From NCBI RefSeq assembly GCF_030684315.1, contig NC_081355.1:123867237-123931236 (forward strand): a DNA stretch of 64,000 bases, written 5' to 3'. This DNA comes from Stegostoma tigrinum. Lineage: Eukaryota. Every line of letters begins with the position of its first letter. The stretch's first letter is position 1. A program made the position numbers and the translations under genes. Shown in pieces: positions 41,501 through 51,299 of the stretch. The notes under the pieces are model-generated. The model was not told where the DNA came from and did not search any database. It was given only the letters and a program-made list of their open reading frames with translations.

Positions 41501-44500
41501 TGTCGTCTTACCAGTGTAGCTCGTTTTATAAGATCATCTGGCATCACAGTCTGTGGCATGTTTGAAATTATGCTACTGGCTGCTTGGGTGCATTTAACCT
41601 TCAGGAATAGTTTAAGAATTTTTGACTTTTACAAAGATTGTTGTCCAAAAAAAATCCAAAGACTTTGGCTACTGCTGTTCTTAGCCATAGGGGGGCGCTT
41701 GCAGCCAAAGTATGGATTTTGTTGCCCTGACATTTAGCTGAAACCCTCATGCTGCTATTGTCATGACAAATGGAATCTGCTTGGCTTTAGAATGCTGGAT
41801 TTAGCAATGGTTATTGAAAAACTCTTTACAGTTGGTAAAGCATATACAATTAGTTTAGCATTGGCACACTTACATATTTAATCTACTTCATCTTGCCAGA
41901 ATTTTCCACATGATATTTGTTGTTCTTCTCCATTTTAATCCTTGCCACTGAATAAAGCTTCCCGTATGTGTTATCCGTCTGTTTCCTTTATAAGCACTGT
42001 TGCAACATTAATGCATCACTTTCTAGGATTTATGGGGACTGTTATCAGTAGTTGCGTTTTTAAAAAATTGCATCTGTTTGGCACAGTCACACTTAAAATT
42101 GGCACACTTTGCATGAAAATTTTTAAATTGGCTGAAATAGAATGCTCAGGATTACTAAGGAGCAGCTGTTTGAGCATAACAAATGTATTCAGGTAGTGAT
42201 AATGGGATCAAAATACATATATGTTAAATGAAAAATAAATGAAGTGAGCGAGACTGATTTTTGTATTTTAGACAAATCTCCCAGTAGTTAAAAATTGAAG
42301 CTAACAGAAGTGTTCTGTTGAGCAATCCGTGATCTATCTTCAGTCCTTGTTTAAACCTACAATTCCAAACATCAAATTGGATTTCAAGCATATAGAGGTG
42401 CCAGCTGTCATTTGTTACAAACAGTTCAGTGGATGAAATACGATTGTATATTTCTCTCTCACAGAAGATACAATATCGAGCACCTAAATTTAGTGATAAC
42501 ATGATGTAGAGGTGGATGAACACAGCAGGCCAAGCAGCATCAGAGGAGCAGGAAAGCTGACATTTCTGAAGAAAGGTCTCAACCCAAAACGTCAGCTTTC
42601 CTGCTCCTCTGATGCTGCTTGGCCTGCTGTGTTCATCCAGCTCTCCACTGTTTTATCTCAGAATCTCCAGCATCAGCAGTTCTTACTATCATCTGTACCT
42701 AAATTTACTATTGTGTTACCTTTTCCAAGTACATAATACGCTGTGTACATAATCAATGCTTATTCTGCTTTAGCCAAATGCTAATACCATAAACCAACTA
42801 TGAAAAGTATCAAGGCAACTAAACACGAGTATCAGACTTTTTTCTCTCCACTCCACCTGGCCCTACTGCCTGTCATTAGATGTCATTGTTTTATAATTTC
42901 AGGACACTGCTGGCCAGGAGCGGTTCAGGACCTTGACTCCTAGTTACTACCGAGGGGCACAAGGTGTTATACTAGGTAAAGTTATTTTAAGTATCAAATG
43001 TCTGATTTAATACACACCATGTACAAAATACTTTTAAATTTTTTTAGCAATATAACTTCTCTACTGTAAAGGAGCTTTAGGCATGAGGCACCAAATACAT
43101 TGCAGTCATATTCGCAATCACATTGAATATTGCTTTGTCCCCAAGATGAAACTATTTGCATTTAATAAATTTGGAAATGTTTTTCTTCCAGTGTATGATG
43201 TGACCAGAAGAGACACCTTCATAAAATTAGAAAATTGGTTGAATGAACTGGAGACATATTGCACAAGAAATGATATTGTGAAAATGTTAGTTGGAAACAA
43301 AATTGATAAAGTAAGTGATACAGTTTAGATTTTGTTGACTTTTAGTTTTTAGTCTGTTGTACTACAAACGTTCTGCCTCTCCAACATATTATTTATAAGA
43401 TACCTGTTTCTGAAATACCCTTTTCATTGGTAGAATTGGGATTTGTTTCTTAAAGTGCCTGGCCTTTGTCCCTAAATATTTCCAGGCAATTTTGTAGCAT
43501 TAGCAGCTGAGTACTTTGTATTTAAAACAGAATAGAACTTCAATTTAATTTTTGGCTGTTTGACCATGCCTAATCACATCATGCCTTTTCCAGCATGCTG
43601 CAAGGCTAAGCCAGTAGATGGAGCAATATGCAGTATAATGTTTGCAATATAAAAGAGAAAAAGGTAAAAGTATGATGTTTTTCTCTGCAGTTCGGAATTT
43701 GTTGTTGCGTGCAGGGAATATCCATAGCCCAGACTAGCCTGATAGTTGGGAGACTGACTGCAATTGGGACTTTTATGTATGTGCATGGTCTCTTCATCCT
43801 TCATTTATGCTCTGTCCCAAGGCAGTGCCTTGTCTTATTGCTTGCTGATAACCTGTATAGATATTTTAAAGTTTCCTTCCAACGATGCTATATCAAACTT
43901 TGTGTAATAGTTTCTTGTACTATTGATCATTGTGCTGGGACAGTTTAATCCTTGCAGATCAGCAATTCTTTTAATCTTTTGAATTCTCCTACTCCAGTTA
44001 AAATGTTTATGGTGTTGCTTAATAGTCTTAAAAATAAGAGCACTTTCACAATACAGGTATCCATTATCTTCATTAACGGTAATTAGCTACATCCTAATCA
44101 CATTGTATCAGTGATAATGGGAACTGCAGATGCTGGAGAATCCAAGATAATGAAATGTGAGGCTGGATGAACATAGCAGGCCCAGCAGCATCTCAGCACA
44201 AAAGCTGACGTTTCGGGCCTAGATCCTTCATCAGAGAGGGGGATGGGGGTGAGGGTTCTGGAATAAATAGGGAGAGAGGGGGAGGCGGACCGAAGATGGA
44301 GAGAAAAGAAGATAGGTGGAGAGGAGAGTATAGGTGGGGAGGTAGGGAGGGGATAGGTCAGTCCAGGGAAGACTGACAGGTCAAGGAGGTGGGATGAGGT
44401 TGGTCGGTAGAAGATGGAGGTGCGGCTTGGGGTAGGAGGAAGGGATGGGTGAGAGGAAGGACAGGTTAGGGAGGCAGTGACAGGTTGGACTGGCTTTGGG

Positions 44501-47500
44501 ATGCAGTGGGTGGAGGGGAAGAGCTGGACTGGTTGTGTGGTGCAGTGGGGGGAGGGGACGAACTGGCCTGGTTTTGGGATGCGGTGGGGGAAAGGGGAGA
44601 TTTTGAAGCTGGTGAAGTCCACATTGGTACCATTGGGCTGCAGGGTTCCCAAGCGGAATATGAGTTGCTGTTCCTGCAACCTTCGGGTGGCATCATTGTG
44701 GCACTGCAGGAGGCCCATGATGGACATGTCATCTAAAGAATGGGAGGGGGAGTGGAAATGGTTCGTGACTGGGAGATGCAGTTGTTCATTGTGAACCAAG
44801 ATGACTTTCCACATTAAGCAGAGGTTCACCTGCACATCTGCCAATGTGGTATACTGCATCCACTGTACCCGGTGTGGCTTCCTCAACATTGGGGAAACCA
44901 AGCGGAGGCTTGGGGACCGCTTTGCAGAACACCTCCGCTTGGTTCGCAATGAACATTTGCACCTCCCAGTCGCAAACTATTTCCACTCCCCCTCCCATTC
45001 TTTAGATGACATGTCCATCATGGGCCTCCTGCAGTGCCACAATGATGCCACCCGAAGGTTGCAGGAACAGCAACTCATATTCTCCTTGGGAACCCTGCAG
45101 CCCAATGGTATCAATGTGGACTTCACCAGCTTCAAAATCTCCCCTTTCCCCCACCGCATCCCAAAACCAGCCCAGTTCGTCCCCTCCCCCCACTGCACCA
45201 CACAACCAGCCCAGCTCTTCCCCTCCACCCACTGCATCCCAAAACCAGTCCAACCTGTCTCTACCTCCCTAACCTGTTCTTCCTCTCACCCATCCCTTCC
45301 TCCCACCCCAAGCCACACCTCCACCTCCTACCTACTAACCTCATCCCACCTCCTTGACCTGTCCGTCTTCCCTGGACTGACCTATCCCCTCCCTATCTCC
45401 CTACCTATACTCTCCTCTCCACCTATCTTCTTTTCTCTCCATCTTCGGTCCGCCTCCCCCTCTCTCCCTATTTATTACAGAACCCTCAACCCATCCCCTT
45501 CTCTGATGAAGGGTCTAGGCCTGAAACGTCAGCTTTTGTGCTCCTGAGATGCTGCTGGACCTGCTGTGTTCATCCAGCCTCCCATTTCATTATCCTAATC
45601 ACATTGTGTTCTTTTGAAATATTGTTTGTTTCAATTGCCTTCAAATTAATCTTAATAATTTTAAATGTCTACATATTGGCATTTGTCGTTGAAAACTAGA
45701 ATGTAATTGAATTATTGCAAAGAACATTGCTTCAATTTGCACAGTCTTAGTTCAGAATATTATCCAGTGATCTTTTACTCAGACGCTCTAATCAGGTTCG
45801 AGTTCAGACTTAATGAGCAAAATCTCTCCAGTATTGAAAAAATATGTACAGTGTTTTAAAGTATGCTATTATTGATTTATATAAACCATATAAATTGTGC
45901 TCCTCCCTCCAAATTTTAAATGGCTGCTTATTGTTGTCTTTAGTTTGAAAAACCTAAAATTACTAATAGATGATTCTTTAATGTTGAACTAAGATCAAAA
46001 TGCTAGAAATATGCAGCAGCAGCTGACAGGAGAAAGAGACTTATATTTTTATGAGGAACAGTTTATTTCCAAAATTTTAGTCAGTTTTCCTGCATTTCAT
46101 TTTTATTTTAATTCAATAGATTTGTACTGTTGGACTTTTACAGCCTGCCAGAACAGGTACACTGATTCATGGAAGTATCTTCTGTATTGTGATAGCCCAA
46201 GCTGACCACTGCACTTGGAATTTAATTGTTTCTGCATTGTAGCTAAACACCTCTTCCATTGAGTTTGTTAATGTTGTGAATCTGTGAACAAAACAGTGAT
46301 TTTTAAACTGCTAATGCAAGGAATATTAACACTTTGGAGATCAACTTTGAAGCTATTGAGCATTGTATAAATAAATGCTCCTGCTTAAGATCTTCCACAA
46401 AATTTCTTGTGATCACTTTCATATGCGTGTTCATCAGAAGTTATTAGGAAGTGTGATTTGTCTTATTCAGTGTAATATTACTCCAAAATATTTCATTTTA
46501 TGTGGCAATCATTAACTTCTGTGTCTTATGTTGGAACTCAAGATAATTTCGCACTTTGTTCTCTTGTTTTCTTTCAAGTGTCTACTAAACCATGCAAATT
46601 CATACCAAATTAGGCATCTATTAAGATTACATTCTTGTACACCTGTTTTAATATGTGAAATGCCTTTTGAATTGTTAATCCATTTTACTCTTCAAAATAG
46701 CAAAAGACATGGATCAAGTGCTTGTATGCTAGCAATCAGAGGCTGATTTCAAGGATGTCTCTTTATAAACTATCCCTGTAGCATTTCCTGACTGTGTTCT
46801 AAGTATTTTCCTAATCAACCTGTTCAGAGACGTTATGATATACAATATAAAACCTGAAAGAACTGTGGATGCTGTAAATCAGGAACAAAAACAAAGTTGA
46901 TGGAGAAGCTCAGTGTGGCCAGCAGCATCTGTGAAGGAAAAAAGAGTTAACGTTTCAGGTCTGGCGACCCTTCCTCAGAATGCTGTTCTGAGTTCTGAGG
47001 AAAGGTCACTGGACCTGAAACGTTAACTCTGTTTTTTCCTTCACAGATGCTGCTGGCCACACTGAGCTTCTCCATCAACTTTGTTTTTGTTCCATGTTAT
47101 TGATATACCTCCTGAAGCAGGTGGTGCTTGAGCTGAGGCTTCCTGGCACAGAAGTAGGGACACTATCACTGTGCTGCAAGAACCGTTGAATATACTCATT
47201 GCTTCTGGGGTAATAAGGAGTGCCTGAGGGTAAGAAATCTGTACCCACTGCATCAGGTAGTCCTTTCCTATTGTGGGTATCCTTTTAAGGCATCACTTTG
47301 GCCTATGTTTATGGATTTTCTACAACTATTGATGATCAATTTGAGAGTCAGTATTTCTGATCATTGTATTTCTCAGAGTAAGAATCTTCGATAGTTCGTC
47401 TGTAGTTCAGGTCTACATAGCTGTTTCCTTGCCCCACCAGGACTGTAACTGCTATGATGACATGCACCCCACTTTCCTTTCAGACTCTCTTCTGGGCTTA

Positions 47501-48360
47501 GCATCCTTTTTACGGATTTCTTTTAATGTTAAACATTTAAATAGTTTAATAACTCTACAAAGTATCTTTTTTAATCACAATAGAATTTAAAGTTACAGTG
47601 ATGTTTATCTAACGCATGTACAAAGCTGTTTATTTATTAATGCAAAGATATTCTGTTGAAGGAAAACCGTGAAGTAGACCGGAATGAAGGCCTCAAGTTT
47701 GCAAGGAAACATTCTATGTTATTTATAGGTAGGTTCACAGAAGTAACTGCTGAATTTGTTTTTGAAATGGGTGAAAGTGAGGAAAAAGTGGTTTGAGTAG
47801 TGTAGTAGGGATTTCAACAATTTTTACAGCATGTACTTGTGGTTTAACTTCTGTTTCTGCTAGAAAAAAGGTCAATGCTGAAAATCAACTAAAATTGCAG
47901 TAATGTGCTGCGGGCTAGTTGGTATCTGAGGAAGATACAATTTACTTATCCTTTGGGTGTTGCTGGAACTGCTTGATAGTTTTGCCCATTTTCTATTTTT
48001 GTTTTCATGTATGCTGTATTTATTTTGTTTAAAATGCATAACAACCATTGACTGTGGTTAGTTTTATTCATTTGCAGTTAATCAATTATTGCATGTTATT
48101 GTGCATCTATACACTTGTGCTTCACATTTAAAAATAAGTAACTTGCTGAACACTAAAGATCTTTATCAAACATTTATTTTCCAGAATCAAGCGCAAAAAC
48201 GCGTGATGGTGTGCAGTGTGCGTTTGAAGAACTTGTTGAAAAAATTATTCAGACTCCTGGCTTATGGGAAAGTGAAAGTCAGAACAGTAGACTTAGGTTA
48301 TCTGATTTGCCTGATGCCGACAGTGGAGGCTCTTGTGGTGGATATTGCTCCATGCTGTAA
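8886..48360 (+). CDS. RAB18: Ras-related protein Rab-18, join(8886..8953,17060..17115,24220..24281,42903..42975,43192..43310,47662..47728,48185..48360), 206 aa
   Basis: Manual splicing gives 621 nt: [207 protein letters not shown]1-G5 motifs and a C-terminal CaaX are present, all introns are GT-AG, and phases are consistent. Confidence 0.98.
9460..9670 (+). mobile_element. L2/CR1-group LINE fragment
   Basis: [16 protein letters not shown] resembles the KAMGPDNIP RT N-terminal motif. Confidence 0.6.
9680..10200 (-). mobile_element. CR1 LINE 3' end
   Basis: Starts with tagagtcatagag, followed by a degenerate ORF2 C-terminus. Confidence 0.7.
10330..11690 (-). mobile_element. Tx1 (L1-group) LINE ORF2 C-terminal relic
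   Basis: Minus-strand translations [52 protein letters not shown] and DKMAINRS resemble the Tx1 post-RT region (from memory). Confidence 0.65.
11510..11546. repeat. Poly-C run followed by a poly-A run
   Basis: Seen directly, inside the Tx1 relic. Confidence 0.9.
11695..12525 (-). mobile_element. CR1 LINE 3' portion
   Basis: [34 protein letters not shown] and [16 protein letters not shown] motifs. Confidence 0.92.
13040..13440. mobile_element. Old PLE-like relic with TC/CA microsatellite
   Basis: aaatgctggagaaacccagc...aacatttcaagtcc terminus, similar to the relic at 63320-64000. Confidence 0.45.
13681..14156. mobile_element. Tigger/pogo-like MITE relic
   Basis: Degenerate TIRs ta|cagcaaacgttttactaactgac ... 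gccagttaaaacaaagtttgct, plus internal ccggataatc/ccggtttacc subrepeats. Confidence 0.5.
14270..16158. mobile_element. Composite fold-back PLE: minus arm 14270-15790 (RT C-terminus + GIY-YIG), plus arm 15791-16158 (RT YIDD piece joined to pLTR)
   Basis: ORFs [11 protein letters not shown] and [10 protein letters not shown]. 14-bp TSD accacacttgaaat at 14256-14269 and 16159-16172. Confidence 0.93.
16205..16540 (+). mobile_element. tRNA-derived SINE with L2-like 3' end
   Basis: A-box-like tggcccagtga, B-box ggtttgaatcc and an atgaataag tail. Related copies at ~1100-1300, 19880-20215, 25805-26130 and 56655-57005. Confidence 0.7.
16550..16765 (+). mobile_element. HE1-like V-SINE (5'-truncated)
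   Basis: V-domain gggttttctccagctgctctgatttcctcccacagtcc and a CR1-like attctatgattctatg end. Confidence 0.72.
17060..17115 (+). CDS. RAB18: RAB18 coding exon 2 (56 nt)
   Basis: Acceptor tattttcag; encodes [18 protein letters not shown]; donor gtaagt. Confidence 0.97.
18057..18405 (-). mobile_element. Two PLE pLTR arms (18057-18184, 18320-18405) from one fold-back element broken by an inversion
   Basis: The TSD copies are now inverted: cacagcttttgattca (18041-18056) versus tgaatcgaaagctgtg (18304-18319). Confidence 0.85.
19295..19460 (+). mobile_element. CR1 LINE 3' end
   Basis: gatcagccatgatcataatgaatgg...gaagggtcgaatggcttactcct. Confidence 0.7.
22440..23540 (+). mobile_element. Rex1/Babar LINE RT and 3' relic
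   Basis: [27 protein letters not shown] and [13 protein letters not shown] motifs. Confidence 0.8.
23741..23948. mobile_element. Palindromic mini-PLE
   Basis: Inverted arms with the tail on the left. TSD taatctatacct (23727-23738) / taacctatacct (23949-23960). Confidence 0.88.
24220..24281 (+). CDS. RAB18: RAB18 coding exon 3 (62 nt)
   Basis: Acceptor ttttttgcag; encodes [20 protein letters not shown]; donor gtgagt. Confidence 0.97.
24797..25025. mobile_element. Old fold-back PLE-type element (distinct subfamily)
   Basis: aaagtgctagagaaact ... agtttctcgtgcacttt inverted arms, with the tail on the right arm. Confidence 0.55.
26150..26460 (+). mobile_element. Deu-domain SINE relic
   Basis: atggcactgtttcaaggaaagcagg...gtgtccaggccaat...agcttgctgtgtgcaaat. 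A minus-strand relative lies at ~36900-37270. Confidence 0.55.
26632..27170 (-). mobile_element. Older 5'-truncated PLE
   Basis: [28 protein letters not shown] (GIY-YIG C-terminus) plus pLTR. Confidence 0.85.
27320..28145. mobile_element. Possible ancient non-autonomous DNA transposon (Harbinger-like)
   Basis: Degenerate termini ggataaaattgt ... taagattcttccc around a GC-richer interior. Confidence 0.3.
31246..32034. mobile_element. Young fold-back PLE nested in the RT of an older PLE
   Basis: 14-bp TSD atccatttcaaact at 31232-31245 and 32035-32048. Short minus arm to ~31348, then a plus arm. Confidence 0.93.
31894..31925 (+). ncRNA. Minimal hammerhead motif in PLE pLTR
   Basis: CU-CUGAUGA-A-GGGU(CUAG)GCCC-GAAA-C-GUC^AG; stem I is only ~2 bp. 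Confidence 0.65.
33687..33823 (-). mobile_element. PLE-type terminal fragment, second family
   Basis: Same family as 46844-47093; ends at the CTGAGGA hammerhead core. Imperfect TSD tctaagcttaat / tctaacttaat. Confidence 0.75.
34800..36810 (+). mobile_element. Degenerate CR1 LINE split by an insertion at 35070-35912
   Basis: [12 protein letters not shown] before the insertion; FEDDM and [12 protein letters not shown] after it; CR1 3' end near 36800. Confidence 0.75.
35070..35912 (-). mobile_element. Probable solo LTR
   Basis: TGTGAT...ATCACA termini, 4-bp flanks ttgt/ctgt, precise interruption of the CR1, and a minus-strand AATAAA near 35207. Confidence 0.6.
37674..38327 (+). mobile_element. 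Young 5'-truncated PLE (GIY-YIG C-terminus + pLTR + tail)
   Basis: [30 protein letters not shown] tacactatgaa (37663-37673) / tacactgtgaa (38328-38338). Confidence 0.92.
38193..38224 (+). ncRNA. Minimal hammerhead motif in PLE pLTR
   Basis: Identical core to 31896-31923. Variants on + at 5454, 33233 and 45503, and on - at 7254-7281, 40238-40265 and 44207-44234. Confidence 0.65.
38340..40020 (+). mobile_element. Degenerate L2-type LINE fragments (~38340-39310, ~39600-40020)
   Basis: [24 protein letters not shown]; [10 protein letters not shown]. Confidence 0.65.
40177..40267 (-). mobile_element. Tail-less ~90-bp PLE pLTR insertion
   Basis: aataaaatgtgagg...cccttcatcagag, with an intact hammerhead core on the minus strand. 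Confidence 0.85.
42493..42696. mobile_element. Palindromic mini-PLE ~200 bp upstream of RAB18 exon 4
   Basis: Inverted arms with the tail on the right. TSD acctaaattta at 42482-42492 and 42697-42707. Confidence 0.88.
42903..42975 (+). CDS. RAB18: RAB18 coding exon 4 (73 nt)
   Basis: Acceptor aatttcag; encodes [24 protein letters not shown]; donor gtaaag. Confidence 0.97.
43192..43310 (+). CDS. RAB18: RAB18 coding exon 5 (119 nt)
   Basis: Acceptor ttttcttccag; encodes [10 protein letters not shown]...LVGNKIDK; donor gtaagt. Confidence 0.97.
44107..45591. mobile_element. Large fold-back PLE (~650-bp inverted arms) in RAB18 intron 5
   Basis: GIY-YIG ORFs on both strands. 16-bp TSD atcctaatcacattgt at 44091-44106 and 45592-45607. 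Confidence 0.95.
46844..47093. mobile_element. Palindromic mini-element of the second PLE-type family
   Basis: ~80-bp near-perfect arms with the tail on the left. Imperfect TSD acgttatgatatac / atgttattgatatac. Confidence 0.85.
46990..47029 (+). ncRNA. Minimal type I hammerhead ribozyme motif
   Basis: GAGUU-CUGAGGA-A-AGGUC(ACUG)GACCU-GAAA-C-GUU^AACUC: 5-bp stem I, 5-bp stem II and a palindromic AACGUU stem III region. Confidence 0.75.
47662..47728 (+). CDS. RAB18: RAB18 coding exon 6 (67 nt)
   Basis: Acceptor ttctgttgaag; encodes [22 protein letters not shown]; donor gtaggt. Confidence 0.96.
48185..48360 (+). CDS. RAB18: RAB18 coding exon 7 (176 nt to the stop)
   Basis: Acceptor ttattttccag; encodes [28 protein letters not shown]...GGYCSML then TAA. 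Confidence 0.97.
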
Positions 48361-50010
48361 ACTGTAAGACTTGTGATGAAATTATTTCTTGCCAATTTTA
48401 AACAATTGGTTAGCTATTTGTATAAATTCTAGAGTTGACATTGCAGTTTGCACACTTTGCTCACATCATGTGAAATAATCCCCAATAATTTGCCTTAGGC
48501 CAGATTAGTGTTAGGCATGCAATCTAGAGTTAGTATTCATAAAACATTTTGCTTGTAATGTCAAAATCTCCTCGTAATTTGAAGCAGTTACATGTCAGAA
48601 CTCTCTGCAACTATTTTCATCAGTGAGGGTCAGGGGTTCATCTGTACGCGTTCATATGGTCTAGTTTCATCGAGAAACAATCTGCCCATTGTAGATGCGA
48701 TATATTTTCATCCTTTGTTCATGTTTTTTTCACACTTCTCTGTGAACTACTTAGGCCTTTCTCCAGCCCCCAACCTCAGAAATGTTTCATATGGTTTGCG
48801 AATTTTGGAGTGTATGTGGTATGTGTTGGGAACACTTTGGTGTTAAAATGCTTCAATATAACTGAATTTTCATTGCTGTTAGTCTAGCTGAATAAACATC
48901 TTATAAATGCAGGAGAACAGTAAGCTTGTATCAGATGTTAAAATAACATTCTTTCATTCATAAACTGGTAATTAAGACTGTTCTAATAAAATCTTGCTGA
49001 GTTTTTAAAAAGCTATCACTTTAATAGTTGTGCTAAACAAATGTATTCCAATACACACACAAATTGTAACTCCTAAAATGATAGGACTGCACAACTTTTA
49101 TAGCATCCATACCATAAAACAATGAAAATTAGAACTGTTTTCAAATTAGACGCCATTCTATGCTAACCAAATGGTGGAAGCATTTGGAAAAATAATTTGG
49201 AAACATTTATGACTTTTTCAGTTAGCTAAATGCTAAACTGCACTTACTGTTTTTTTTAATCTTCAATGTATGGGTATACATCTGAGACCGTTATTATAAA
49301 AGTACATTATTGATGACACTTTGTAAGTATTGTACAGAAAAACTACAATATTTTCTTTAATCATTGAGTGTTTTTAAGAAATGCAAATTGAAGGTTGGTT
49401 AGTAATTGTAAGATATCTGTTGTTAAGTGTGTGGTTCACTTCCAGTAGTTGTTTGTTGCACTGTACACTTACTGAAAATAGAAAATCCAAATTTGGAAGT
49501 GTATTATCATAAATGAGATTTAAGTAAATAATCCCTGTACTATTAAATTTTATTCTGAACTAATATGTAGATGCATTTTTGCTACAGATCTTTGAATAAC
49601 CCAAATATTTGTTCAGAAAATACTAAAAGCTTTGAGTTGGGTAGATTGAAAACTGTAAGTTTAGGTGATTGTTATTGGGCAGCACCATGGAATCAACTAC
49701 GTACCGACCCATTCACTTAATCTTCTTGAAATCAACACTGTTGAGATTTTATTTCTGTAAATGAATACTACTGCAAAGTTTTCATCAAGTTAGATTTCAG
49801 AGCATGCAACTGTATTGATGGTAACATTAAAATTGTGTGCTTTTTTAAAGTTGCATTTAGTAAATACAAAATGTTAGATGCTTCAATGTTATTTCATTTG
49901 AACTTTGTACTTTAATTGATCAAAGATTCGTACACGATACATTTTTCAATATAGTCACTGTGGCCTGTTTTGTAGAATGTAATAAAGTGTGAACAGGTTG
50001 ATTAGAAAAT
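48361..50010 (+). other. RAB18: RAB18 3' UTR (probable) with polyadenylation signals
   Basis: Repeat-free AT-rich sequence after the stop, with AATAAA at 48891, 48985 and 49981 (the last followed by U/GU-rich sequence). Another AATAAA lies at 50768. The true end is unknown. Confidence 0.6.
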
Positions 50011-51299
50011 ATCTATACCTAATCCTATGTTTCATTGAGTTTTTGTTTTGAAGGAACTGCCAAATGGCTCCAAACCATTAGCAGTTTTGTAATTCAATTT
50101 TCTTATTAGATGGCATATTTTCTGGCAATCCTTTTGTCGTGATGTATCCTGTTTCTAGAAATAACATAAACATAATTTACATGATATAGAATCAACTGTA
50201 GCAGCTGAGTTTTATTCTACTGAATATTTTGTTATCCTAACATGCATTTCTTTATTTATTCTGGAAGAGTCTGTAATTTTATTTTTTAAAAAAATTGGTG
50301 CCAATCTTCTACTCGATCAAGCTCATCAAATAGCTCAGACAATTTTATGTGATTAACTGTGTTAACCTGGAATATCCCAAGTTCAATCTTTGGTGTTGAG
50401 TGAACTGCCCAGGGTGTCATTATGTGTAACAGCACTTTCTTGAACTAAATGCGGCTGCTTCTACTGGGTATCTGCATGTACATCCAATGCACAGTGAGAT
50501 TTTACTGTCACTTCTGTGTTGAGTTGAGCTTCCAATATAATCAATGACTGCCTCTGAGGTACTGAAACTAACTAATATGGTACCTGCCTCAGCAAGGAGT
50601 GATAAAGGATTCGGGAGCGAGCTGCCGCAAAATGCAAGAAATCCTACAATATCCTGCAACAACGTAGGATACTGATTTATCAGTTCAGTTCAGTTAACAG
50701 TTAAAAAGTTAAATTATTTGTCCCATTGTAACTGTTTCAACACTATAAAGAACTGTCTTTTACTGTTAATAAACCTATTTGTATTCTATTGCTAAAAGAG
50801 TCAGAGGATTTCTGACACAATTCGCTATTTCACAATTATGATAGCGTAAAGTGTTAGAACATACATAGTGTATGAACAAAAATTCTTCATGATTCACCTT
50901 CCAAGATATTTGTTAGCATTTTTGAATGTTACTTTTCTTTGAAAACAGTGTATAAAACAATGTGTTGTATAAACTTGCCTGTTCGTTTATTTTAATAGTC
51001 AGGAATTTATCTGAAGTCACCCTAATTGAAATAATGAATCAGTGCCAAATTCCCTTCTATCGCCTAATAAAACCATTTCATTAGTGCAGTTGCGCAGTGT
51101 TCAGTCAGTCTACTGTAGTGGTGGATGTAATTGTTCAAGGTATTTGGAGAGATTCTTCTTTCTGTTCTGATGTTGAAAATCAAGTCATCGAAGATTATAA
51201 AGGTTTTGATTCTAAGGGCAAAGTATTCCCTAATGAAATAAGGAAATATTAATATTTTGAGATATACTGGATAGGTTCAATCATTCATGATGCTAGTTC

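Noticed and set aside
43083-43328. 81-aa ORF from the track as a standalone gene
   Set aside because: It is RAB18 exon 5 plus in-frame intron sequence.
44098-45547. 283-aa and 248-aa ORFs as host genes
   Set aside because: They are chimeric or frameshifted read-throughs of PLE arms into the pLTR.
48089-48367. 92-aa ORF over the last exon
   Set aside because: It is an alternative frame of RAB18 exon 7, with no independent support.
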